A DNA stretch of 64,000 bases, from positions 1,098,547 through 1,162,546 of the forward strand of contig OZ253546.1 of NCBI GenBank assembly GCA_965262585.1. Reading direction: 5' to 3'. Source of the DNA: Candidatus Poriferihabitaceae bacterium. GTDB lineage: Bacteria > Pseudomonadota > Gammaproteobacteria > Arenicellales > Poriferihabitantaceae. The position numbers were made by a program, and so were the translations under genes. Under the pieces are notes generated by a model. That model did not search any database, was not told the origin of the DNA, and saw nothing but the letters and a program-made list of their open reading frames with translations. Positions 50,486 to 58,271 of this stretch are shown in pieces; the first letter of the stretch is position 1; each line of letters starts with the position of its first letter.

Positions 50486-50568
50486 AATAAAGGGGTCAGT
50501 GTGAATTAAATTGATTATACGGCCACGAAGGGATGAGGGTTTATTTAATTCACACTGACCCCTTTATT
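50486..50568 (+). repeat. Palindromic cassette-boundary element, copy R4
   Basis: Near-consensus copy. It lies 18 nt from the cassette B start and abuts the cassette C stop codon. Confidence 0.95.
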
Positions 50569-50569
50569 C

Positions 50570-51484
50570 TTATAGAATCTCATGTATCCGTAAATAAATA
50601 TTGCCTGTTTCTGAGGCTTTGCGACGTTTACGTAGCAATAATTGAACTAAATCAATTCTGCCCTCTAAAACAGCCATTAAATCACTACCATCCATAAGAA
50701 TTATAAGGCGTCTACCAGAAGAGTGTACTTTTACTGCATCTTCTGAGAAACCGTTAACTGATAGGAATAGCCCAAGTGTATTCTCTAACTTACGGGATAA
50801 CTTGCCAATCATTCCGTCTAGATCTTTTGCTGCCACAGGTTTTTGTTGCCATTTCGCCTCTAGTAGATAATCCGTCCCCTCAAAACTAAATGCACCATCT
50901 ATTTGTTCGCCAGTAATTTTAAAGGATGCTTTAGGATCGAGATCAAATAGGTCAAATAGACCTTTTAATACTTTCTCAAGGTTGTATCCACGTTGTTGCG
51001 GGTTATCAGAGCTAGCTAGCAAACAAAATTCTGTTTTTAGTTTATCCAATCCACCTTGAACGGCATTAACTTGCATGAGTTTATCGTGTGCTTTTTGACG
51101 ACGTTCTTCAGATTGCTTTTGTTCTTCTTCTATATCTTGATGTCCTTTCAATTGAGCACGAAGGGCTTCTACTGCTGCCTTAGCTTCTTCTGCCTTTTTA
51201 TTGCCATCCTCTAGCTTTCGCAGATGTGAAAAGTCTGTAACATCACTTACCTCTGACATTATACGAATGAGATCACGCTGACACACCTCCTCATTCATCG
51301 CCAAGTGGTCTACTACTGTAGCTACTATATTTCTTTTGTATTCTTCCCAATTTAGACGTGAAAGAATCCCTGGATCAGATATGCATTGAGATAGAAAACT
51401 GCGCAATTCTGATTTGTACCAGTAAATGAGCGTTAAAGCTTCCTTTAGTGCCTGTATCGCTGCGGGTGCTATTGTTTTCTGCAT
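50570..51484 (-). CDS. Cassette C: helical/coiled-coil N-domain fused to an Mrr-like PD-(D/E)xK restriction-endonuclease-fold C-domain
   Basis: AT-rich 304-aa ORF. A central Glu/Lys coiled coil, then C-terminal RGYNLEKVLKGLF ... GEQIDGAFSFEGTDYLLEAKWQQKPV ... LFLSVNGFSEDA (E / D / E-x-K core). Confidence 0.55.
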   Translation of the reverse strand: MQKTIAPAAIQALKEALTLIYWYKSELRSFLSQCISDPGILSRLNWEEYKRNIVATVVDHLAMNEEVCQRDLIRIMSEVSDVTDFSHLRKLEDGNKKAEEAKAAVEALRAQLKGHQDIEEEQKQSEERRQKAHDKLMQVNAVQGGLDKLKTEFCLLASSDNPQQRGYNLEKVLKGLFDLFDLDPKASFKITGEQIDGAFSFEGTDYLLEAKWQQKPVAAKDLDGMIGKLSRKLENTLGLFLSVNGFSEDAVKVHSSGRRLIILMDGSDLMAVLEGRIDLVQLLLRKRRKASETGNIYLRIHEIL

Positions 51485-51485
51485 G

Positions 51486-51568
51486 AATAAAAAGATCAGT
51501 GTGAATTAAATTGATTATACAGCCAAGAAGAGATGGGGGTTTATTTAATTCACACTGACTCCTTTATT
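51486..51568 (+). repeat. Palindromic cassette-boundary element, copy R5
   Basis: Same element with GGGG changed to AAGA in the left arm. It starts 1 nt from the cassette C start codon. Confidence 0.9.
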
Positions 51569-51582
51569 CCTTGTTAGATCGT

Positions 51583-52026
51583 TCATACCGAACTATCTAA
51601 AGTTCGTTTAATCATTGATGTCATATCACCAATTGCTCTGTATATATCATCACCTATTTGACATTTAATCAAAGAATCCTCCTCTGTTTTATAACCATGT
51701 ATTTTACTTTGTAGAAGTTGTGTTTTAGTTTCGAATTCTCCAATCTTAAATTTGTGGGCATTATCCTGAACTTTATCTAAAAAATCTTGAATACTATTTA
51801 TTACAGTTTGAGAATCTACACCACGCATAGGTTTGTTGGCCGGTGTTACAATTTTTCTGCACTCTTCTCTTGCACGATTCGCTGAAGATGCTAATTCAAT
51901 CAGTACAATTTTCAACCTATCTGATTTTATTTCTTCTTTATAAGTTTTTGCCTTATATGCCTGCCAAAAAGATAAGCTAGTTCCTATGAAGGTCAACCCA
52001 ATAGCAACAATATTCCAAAAATCCAT
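51583..52026 (-). CDS. Cassette D, gene 2: small protein with one N-terminal TM helix, unknown function
   Basis: 147 aa. A hydrophobic helix FWNIVAIGLTFIGTSLSFW is followed by a charged helical domain. The start lies 1 nt after the stop of the upstream gene. Confidence 0.5.
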   Translation of the reverse strand: MDFWNIVAIGLTFIGTSLSFWQAYKAKTYKEEIKSDRLKIVLIELASSANRAREECRKIVTPANKPMRGVDSQTVINSIQDFLDKVQDNAHKFKIGEFETKTQLLQSKIHGYKTEEDSLIKCQIGDDIYRAIGDMTSMIKRTLDSSV

Positions 52027-52027
52027 T

Positions 52028-52561
52028 TTATGCCATCCATGATGTGTCTACTATTTCGAGACCTGCTCTTTCAAAATATGAGTCGTAGTCATAAGTAGTT
52101 ATCAAAGAATTTAGCAATCGAAAAAAATGATATTTGTCTTTTGCTACGGTTAATTTTTCAATATCGTTAGTATCACGGTTAAACACCATTTGGGGAAGAG
52201 GAAGTTGACAACGTCCTCCATCAACAGTAACGTAAATGTCCCGATAAACTAATTGGCCGTAATAAAAAAAATCAACATAGCCACTTGATGCATGTGGATC
52301 TGGAAAGCCATTAGCCCATTTTTCTTTAAAGTCATCATTATGGGAAATTCCCCAAGCGACAGAGATAGACAGATCACTTTTAAGTGAAATTAATTCATCA
52401 TGCGAATCAACTTTTATATTGCTAAATTCTCCACCGCCTGTATTCCAAACTACAAATTTATTGAAGTATGAAGGCCCTGACCCGGATCCCCAGCAAGCAA
52501 TTCGATTCCAATCTTCTTTTTCTGCATCAAGAATCTGATCTTGATATTCTTTTAAATTCAT
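52028..52561 (-). CDS. Cassette D, gene 1: hypothetical soluble protein, no recognisable domain
   Basis: 177-aa AT-rich ORF with no motif I can assign. Confidence 0.5.
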   Translation of the reverse strand: MNLKEYQDQILDAEKEDWNRIACWGSGSGPSYFNKFVVWNTGGGEFSNIKVDSHDELISLKSDLSISVAWGISHNDDFKEKWANGFPDPHASSGYVDFFYYGQLVYRDIYVTVDGGRCQLPLPQMVFNRDTNDIEKLTVAKDKYHFFRLLNSLITTYDYDSYFERAGLEIVDTSWMA

Positions 52562-52627
52562 AAGTCCTCGTAAAATATTTTAGAGTTAACGTCTAGTATA
52601 AGGCAGTTTCGCCCTAATGCAAGAGTA

Positions 52628-52708
52628 GTAAAAAAGTCAGTATAAATTAAATTAATTATACAACCAAAAAGAGCTGAAGCTTTATTTAATTCACACCACC
52701 CCCTTTAT
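52628..52708 (+). repeat. Palindromic cassette-boundary element, degenerate copy R6
   Basis: AAAAAGTCAGTATAAATTAAAT...ATTTAATTCACACCACCCCCTTTAT. The right arm holds the last codons and the stop (52686-52688) of the paiB-like gene. Confidence 0.8.
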
Positions 52709-53336
52709 CCTGCCCTCGCACTACCTCAGCCATTTCCACGCTTGCTTGCCGTTCCTCTTTTAGCAGTCCTTCGACTACGCCGTGGCGGTCGTGGGGTGGG
52801 CGGTTTTGGCTGGCTTTGTATTTGCCGGTTAGGCGGGTGATGGGTATTTCAAGGCCGACGATGGCGTCCAGTTGTTGGGTGATAAAATCATCTGGCGCGT
52901 CCGTTACTTTCCATGGTTGGGGGCGGTTGGCTTCGTGGTGGTTGGTGAGGCGTTCGACTAACTCGCGTAGCCATGCGCGGTCTTCAATTACTCGCAATGA
53001 ACCGTGTGCGTGGACGACCGCGTAGTTCCAGGTCGGCACGACTTGCCCGGTGGTTTGTTTGGTCGCATACCAGGACGGGGAAATGTAGGCGTCGGGGCCG
53101 CGGAATATCGCCAGCGAGTCGGCTTCGGGGGAATACTCGCGCCATAGTGGGTTGGCGCGTGCAATGTGGCCGCGCAAGGTGCCGAAAGGGGCCGGGTCGG
53201 GGGTCGTCTCAAAGGGAATATGATGCGCGTCCAGTCCGTTTGCGGTGAGCGTCACCAGCGTTGCCAGCGGATACGCACGCATTAAGTCATGGAGAATTTC
53301 AACCCGCGTTTCCGCAAAGTATTTGGGTGTATACAT
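52686..53336 (-). CDS. FMN-binding negative transcriptional regulator (PaiB family)
   Basis: GC-rich 216-aa ORF. MYTPKYFAE...LATLVT...HIPF...GHIARANP follows the PaiB pattern. Confidence 0.85.
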   Translation of the reverse strand: MYTPKYFAETRVEILHDLMRAYPLATLVTLTANGLDAHHIPFETTPDPAPFGTLRGHIARANPLWREYSPEADSLAIFRGPDAYISPSWYATKQTTGQVVPTWNYAVVHAHGSLRVIEDRAWLRELVERLTNHHEANRPQPWKVTDAPDDFITQQLDAIVGLEIPITRLTGKYKASQNRPPHDRHGVVEGLLKEERQASVEMAEVVRGQDKGGGVN

Positions 53337-53345
53337 AAACGTCTC

Positions 53346-53600
53346 TCAAGTTTTTTGTTGGACAATCTGCTCCAGCGTTTCCTGCCAAATCTGATAGTAG
53401 GCGTCGTTGTCTTTAATCGCGTTGTGTTTTTCGAATTTGGCGATGTTGTTGGCTAGTAGTGCCGCCCATTCCTTCCATGTGAACAATCCCGATTGATTAA
53501 GTTGCACCGCCAGCGCAAAGGTTCGTGCTTGCCACGGTGCGGCGAAGACTGGTTCGCCGTTGGCTTGGGGTTGTCCGGCGATGGCTTTAAGACGCGCCAT
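53346..53600 (-). CDS. Nitrile hydratase accessory (activator) protein
   Basis: The short ORF PVFAAPWQARTFALAVQL...FTWKEWAALL is typical of NHase accessory proteins. The start is placed at the ATG at 53600; the longer ORF-track version is unlikely. Confidence 0.65.
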   Translation of the reverse strand: MARLKAIAGQPQANGEPVFAAPWQARTFALAVQLNQSGLFTWKEWAALLANNIAKFEKHNAIKDNDAYYQIWQETLEQIVQQKT

Positions 53601-54279
53601 CCACCGCCTCCAGATACGCTTCGAATAAATCGACATACACCGCCAACCGCCCCGTTTCTTTTTCATCCCACAGTTGTTCCGTTTCAAAACGCACGCTATA
53701 AAGATGTTGCGATTGTTTTTCCCCGCGCGCCGCGTGTGCGTCCGGAAAAACATGCGCGCCGTGATGATAGACGATTATGCCGTGGCGGCCGTGCGTGTAA
53801 CGCGGTGCGCGGGTGTGGGGTTGGGGCATCACCGCCCGCACTGTGACGCGGGTGTCGATGGCGAAACGCGGGGCGGTGTCGGCGGGCAGTTGGGTGGATG
53901 CGCCGCTACGCAGAATTTTCGCGATTTGTGCGCGCTCAACTGCGGGTAACTCTCCGCCGCCGACCGACTCGCCGCTTTGCAATTCGGTTTCGCTGACTAG
54001 GCCGTGCTCAACCAGCAGCAGTTCCAGACCATGCAACCAATGTTCATAATAACTGCCGGCGAGGTAATGCGCCGGTTCCATTTGTTCGCGGGCGCAACGC
54101 GATTGATCCAGATTCCATCGGCCAAGCATGCCGCAAGCGAGCGTCATGCCAAAAACGCTCTCCTCCCATTGCTTCGCAAACAACTCGCTCTGACTGCGGT
54201 CGACCGAACCGAAGCCGCGCATACCGCCGAGGTCATGGGCGAGGCCGAGGTCGGGGTCGTGAACGGGATAGTCGGACAT
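53587..54279 (-). CDS. nthB: Nitrile hydratase beta subunit
   Basis: N-terminal HDLGGM signature and the C-terminal SH3-like region of the beta subunit. The ATG at 54279 is preferred over the TTG at 54303. Confidence 0.85.
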   Translation of the reverse strand: MSDYPVHDPDLGLAHDLGGMRGFGSVDRSQSELFAKQWEESVFGMTLACGMLGRWNLDQSRCAREQMEPAHYLAGSYYEHWLHGLELLLVEHGLVSETELQSGESVGGGELPAVERAQIAKILRSGASTQLPADTAPRFAIDTRVTVRAVMPQPHTRAPRYTHGRHGIIVYHHGAHVFPDAHAARGEKQSQHLYSVRFETEQLWDEKETGRLAVYVDLFEAYLEAVDGAS

Positions 54280-54299
54280 AATGATTGCAGGTGTCCGGC

Positions 54300-54929
54300 T
54301 CAAGCAACCGAGTCGGCCAAAGCAACGCCGATCATCGAATCGCGCGTGATTAGTTTCGCCAACTGCCGGGTATCCAGATGTTCGCTACCGGGCGGTCTTT
54401 GTGGCAACACCAGATAGCGAATTTCCGCGGTCGAATCCCAGACGCGCACTTCAACTTCGTCATCCAGCGACACGCCAAATTCGGCCAACACCGCACGCGG
54501 TTCGCGCACCGCCCGGGCGCGATATTCAGACGCCTTATACCAAGTCGGCGGCAAGCCAAGCACCGGCCACGGATAACACGAACACAGCGTGCACACCACC
54601 AAGTTGTGCACCGCATCGGTGTTTTCTACAACCCGCATGTGTTCGCCTTGACGACCGGCATAACCCATTTCCATAATCGCGGCGGTGGCATCGGCAAGCA
54701 AACGTTGCTTGTATTCGGCATCAGTCCAAGCACGCGCAACCACCCGCGCACCGTTCTTCGGGCCAACGCGGTTTTCATAAGTATCCACCAACTCATCCAT
54801 CGCCTTAGCATCCACCAGTCCTTTTTCAATCAATAAATTTTCCAGCGACTTAACCCGCGCTTCGATTTCGCTCGGGCCGTGGTGATGATGGGGGTGTTTG
54901 TTCATGTCTTTACTCATGTCTTTACTCAT
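54300..54929 (-). CDS. nthA: Nitrile hydratase alpha subunit, cobalt type
   Basis: The metal-binding motif [11 protein letters not shown] (C-T-L-C-S-C-Y) is the cobalt-type signature; the iron type has C-S-L-C-S-C-T. Confidence 0.92.
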   Translation of the reverse strand: MSKDMSKDMNKHPHHHHGPSEIEARVKSLENLLIEKGLVDAKAMDELVDTYENRVGPKNGARVVARAWTDAEYKQRLLADATAAIMEMGYAGRQGEHMRVVENTDAVHNLVVCTLCSCYPWPVLGLPPTWYKASEYRARAVREPRAVLAEFGVSLDDEVEVRVWDSTAEIRYLVLPQRPPGSEHLDTRQLAKLITRDSMIGVALADSVA

Positions 54930-54938
54930 GCTATTTAC

Positions 54939-56360
54939 TTAGGGGATACGCCTGCGGTTCAAAGTTTGCTCGACGGTTGCGGCGATTTCATAAAGGTATT
55001 GATCTTCACCGTTACCGGCGGACAACATCAACCCCACCGGTGCTTGCCCCGGCGTATGACACGGCAGACTAACAGCGCAACCGTCAAAAAAATTAACCGT
55101 GGAAGTGTTGCGCAGGCATTTCATATTAACCTCGGGCATTTGTTCGACATCATCCGTCTCGGAAATAGCGGGTGGCACGCATTGCACGGTCGGATACACC
55201 AGCACATCGGCCCCGGCCTCGCGCATCTGCTGCCGACAAGCGACCACCAAAGCGGCCTTTTCTTGATAGCACTCGCGCCGCGCATCGGCATCAAACGCGC
55301 GCCCGGCACTCATCCGTTGGCGCACGAACGGATCGTATTCATCCCCCCGACTCTGCAAACGTTCTTGATGATCCTGCCACGCCTCAAACACCGCCACGGC
55401 GCGCCGCCGAAACATATCAACGCAACCTTCAAGCGCCGGCAGCGGAGCGCGATCCACGGTCACGCCATCATCCGCAAGCCACCGAAGCGCATCCTCAAAA
55501 GCCGCCGCGACTTGCGCATCGAGAGCCTCCATAACGATCGATTCGGGCACTAGCAAGCGAATGGATTTCGGTGGGCGAACTGACAATACCGGCAGCGGTT
55601 CGCCGTGTTTCAAACGCCCGGTTATGATGTGGTCGAGAATGAAACAACCATCCAAATCGTTAGCCAGCGGGCCCGGCGTATCCGAAGTCGGCGACAGCGG
55701 ATAAACACCGCGCAACGACACCCTGCCGTAGGTTGGCTTGACGCCGACTATGCCGTTGAACGCCGCCGGAACACGGCACGACCCGGCGGTATCCGAACCG
55801 ACACCGGCCGCCACAATCCCCTCGGCAACGCTCACCGCATTGCCCGAAGACGAGCCGCCCGGCAACCTGCCGATGTCGCGCTGCCAAATGCTTTTTGGGT
55901 TGCCGTAATGGGGGTTCAAACCCATGCCGCTAAAAGCAAATTCGCTCATGTTGGCGCGCCCGACAAACAACGCCCCGGCATCGCGCAAATGCCCGACCAC
56001 CACCGCATCAGCCTTCTCGACCGGCGCCTCGTCCCGCAACACCACCGAACCGGCAAGCGTCTGCTGGCCCTGCACATTAAATAAATCTTTAAGCGCAAGC
56101 GGCACCCCGGCAAGCACCGGCAACGGCTCACCATTAGCACGCGCACGGTCGATCTGAACAGCCTGCTGCAACGCATCGTAATTGATACGAATAAACACCC
56201 CTTCCGACCGCCCCGCCGCCGCCAACGCCTCCCCCACCACCCCCTCGCAACTCCCCCCACCATCCACAAAGGAATTAACCAGTTGCCGTATTGTCGGGTG
56301 GGTATGCATTGGAGCAATGTAGCCCGGATTTGTGGGACTGTCTAGTGGGGTAGCGTTCAT
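54939..56360 (-). CDS. Amidase (amidase-signature family)
   Basis: 473 aa with the AS-family Gly/Ser-rich block GGSSSGNAVSVA. It lies first in the operon with the NHase genes. Confidence 0.9.
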   Translation of the reverse strand: MNATPLDSPTNPGYIAPMHTHPTIRQLVNSFVDGGGSCEGVVGEALAAAGRSEGVFIRINYDALQQAVQIDRARANGEPLPVLAGVPLALKDLFNVQGQQTLAGSVVLRDEAPVEKADAVVVGHLRDAGALFVGRANMSEFAFSGMGLNPHYGNPKSIWQRDIGRLPGGSSSGNAVSVAEGIVAAGVGSDTAGSCRVPAAFNGIVGVKPTYGRVSLRGVYPLSPTSDTPGPLANDLDGCFILDHIITGRLKHGEPLPVLSVRPPKSIRLLVPESIVMEALDAQVAAAFEDALRWLADDGVTVDRAPLPALEGCVDMFRRRAVAVFEAWQDHQERLQSRGDEYDPFVRQRMSAGRAFDADARRECYQEKAALVVACRQQMREAGADVLVYPTVQCVPPAISETDDVEQMPEVNMKCLRNTSTVNFFDGCAVSLPCHTPGQAPVGLMLSAGNGEDQYLYEIAATVEQTLNRRRIP

Positions 56361-56380
56361 TGTGTATTGCTCGACTCGTC

Positions 56381-56490
56381 GTCATTCTCGTGAAAGTGGG
56401 AATCTAGTAAGACATGTCGGTGTAAGCCGCTCATTGTCATTCCCGTGAAAACGGGAATCCAGTAAGACATGTCGGCGTAAGCCGCTCATT
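56381..56490. repeat. Tandem duplication (2 x 55 bp) of a REP-type unit
   Basis: GTCATTCTCGTGAAAGTGGGAATCTAGTAAGACATGTCGGTGTAAGCCGCTCATT is followed by a near-identical copy. Confidence 0.9.
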
Positions 56491-56651
56491 AATAATGTTC
56501 GGCAACTGCCGACCGTTTTGTTATACACTACCCGCATCCTCGTCCGGGCTGTCAAACGGAATTTTGCGCCCTTTTCCAAAGATTTTTTATGTTCCAGTTA
56601 CACAAAATAATCTCCTATCTTCCCACCAATTTTTAGCACTCGGAACCATCC

Positions 56652-58271
56652 ATGCCGACCCTCGATTTCAAAGGCAAACAAATTATCTACGCGCACCACT
56701 TGACCGCCCCGTCAAAAGCGATTGAGGTGAACGCGAAAAAGTCGCTTCCGGCGAAAGGCACAAAGCCGTCCCTCGACGACAACCTGATTATCCACGGCGA
56801 TAACCTGCACGCGCTCAAGGCGTTGATGCCGCGTTATGCGGGGCGGGTGAATTGTATCTATATTGACCCGCCGTATAACACCGGCAACGAAGGATGGGTT
56901 TACAACGACAATGTGAATAGCGCAATGATGAAGGAGTGGTTGAAAGATAAAGGTTCAGTAGATGGTGAGGATTTGGAACGGCATGATAAGTGGCTTTGTA
57001 TGATGTGGCCGAGATTGCAGTTGTTGCGGGAGTTGTTGGCCGAAGATGGGGTGATTTTTATTTCCATTGATGATAAAGAGCAGCACCATCTGCGGATGAT
57101 GATGGATGAGATTTTTGGTGAGAATAATTTTGTTGGTAATATAGGATGGGAGTCCAAAACAAAGACACAGAACACAAAAGACTCTTTCAATAAATTACAA
57201 CCTAAAATAGAACATATTTTGTGCTATACAAAACTCACCAAAACGCGCTTCAATCTTATTGAAATTGGCAAGAAAAAATACCAAGAAAAAGATGAAAGAG
57301 GCAAGTTTCGTTACGCACAAGTTGAGCTGATGAGTTCGTTAGGAATTCGTTCACGCGATAGTATGATATTTCCCATATTAGGCATTAACCCACCGCCCAA
57401 CAAGCAATGGAAAATCGGCAAGCAGACGATAAAAAAATTTCGCGACCGCGGCGACCTTACAAAAAAAGAAAGCACGCCTTACCTTAAAATGCGACCTGCT
57501 GACGAACGAATAGAAAAGACAGAGCCTTTTTGGGGACTTTTCTCAAAAGAAAAGGGCACAGCCGAAAGTGCAAAAAAAGAATTGTCGGCAGTTTTAGAAT
57601 CGACTTCACATGGATTTGAAACAGTCAAACCTGTAAACGTTATAAAGCAACTTCTGTTCCATTCTACAAAACATGGAGACACCATCCTCGACTCCTTCGC
57701 CGGCTCCGGCACCACCGCCCACGCCGTCCTTGCCCTCAACAAAGAAGACGGCGGCAACCGAAAATTCATCCTCGTTGAATGCGAAAACTACGCCGACAAA
57801 ATCACCGCCGGACGAGTACGCCGAGTAATCAAGGGCGTGCCAAAAGCCAAAGATGAAACCCTGAAAAAAGGACTCGGCGGAAGTTTCACCTACTGCACAT
57901 TGGGCGATGAAATCAACATCGAAAAAATGCTCGCCGGCAAAAAACTACCGGACTACGAAACCTTAGCCCGCCATGTCGTCTATACCGCAACCGGCCAATC
58001 CCCACACAAAATCCGCAAACAACATGGCGAAGACGGGTTTTTCTACGAAACCAACGACAGGATATATTACTTGGTCTATAAACCAGAACTCGCTTTCCTG
58101 CGAAGCGCCGCCTCGGCCCTGAATGGCATCCGCGCCAAACGCATCGCCAAACAAGCCAAAACAAAAAAGAAAACCGCAATCGTATTCGCCACGCATAAAT
58201 TCATAGGACAAAAAGAATTAACAGCAATGGGAATTGTGTTTTGTGGGTTGCCGTATAGTACAAATTTATGA
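56652..58271 (+). CDS. mod: Type III restriction-modification methyltransferase (Mod; beta-class N6-adenine/N4-cytosine MTase)
   Basis: Motif IV IYIDPPYN comes before motif I DSFAGSGTTAHA (beta-class order), separated by a long variable central region. A res gene follows. Confidence 0.85.
   Translation: MPTLDFKGKQIIYAHHLTAPSKAIEVNAKKSLPAKGTKPSLDDNLIIHGDNLHALKALMPRYAGRVNCIYIDPPYNTGNEGWVYNDNVNSAMMKEWLKDKGSVDGEDLERHDKWLCMMWPRLQLLRELLAEDGVIFISIDDKEQHHLRMMMDEIFGENNFVGNIGWESKTKTQNTKDSFNKLQPKIEHILCYTKLTKTRFNLIEIGKKKYQEKDERGKFRYAQVELMSSLGIRSRDSMIFPILGINPPPNKQWKIGKQTIKKFRDRGDLTKKESTPYLKMRPADERIEKTEPFWGLFSKEKGTAESAKKELSAVLESTSHGFETVKPVNVIKQLLFHSTKHGDTILDSFAGSGTTAHAVLALNKEDGGNRKFILVECENYADKITAGRVRRVIKGVPKAKDETLKKGLGGSFTYCTLGDEINIEKMLAGKKLPDYETLARHVVYTATGQSPHKIRKQHGEDGFFYETNDRIYYLVYKPELAFLRSAASALNGIRAKRIAKQAKTKKKTAIVFATHKFIGQKELTAMGIVFCGLPYSTNL

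Noticed and set aside
44770-52708. The six palindromic repeats as a CRISPR array
   Set aside because: Spacing is 0.8-3.5 kb rather than about 30-40 bp. The intervening sequences are full-length ORFs. The repeats are ~82 bp with a long loop, and there are no cas genes.
44770-52708. The six palindromic repeats as canonical integron attC sites
   Set aside because: No RYYYAAC/GTTRRRY boxes at the ends. The arms pair perfectly, without the extrahelical bases typical of attC. No intI/attI/Pc is present in the window. Only the cassette-like organisation is analogous.
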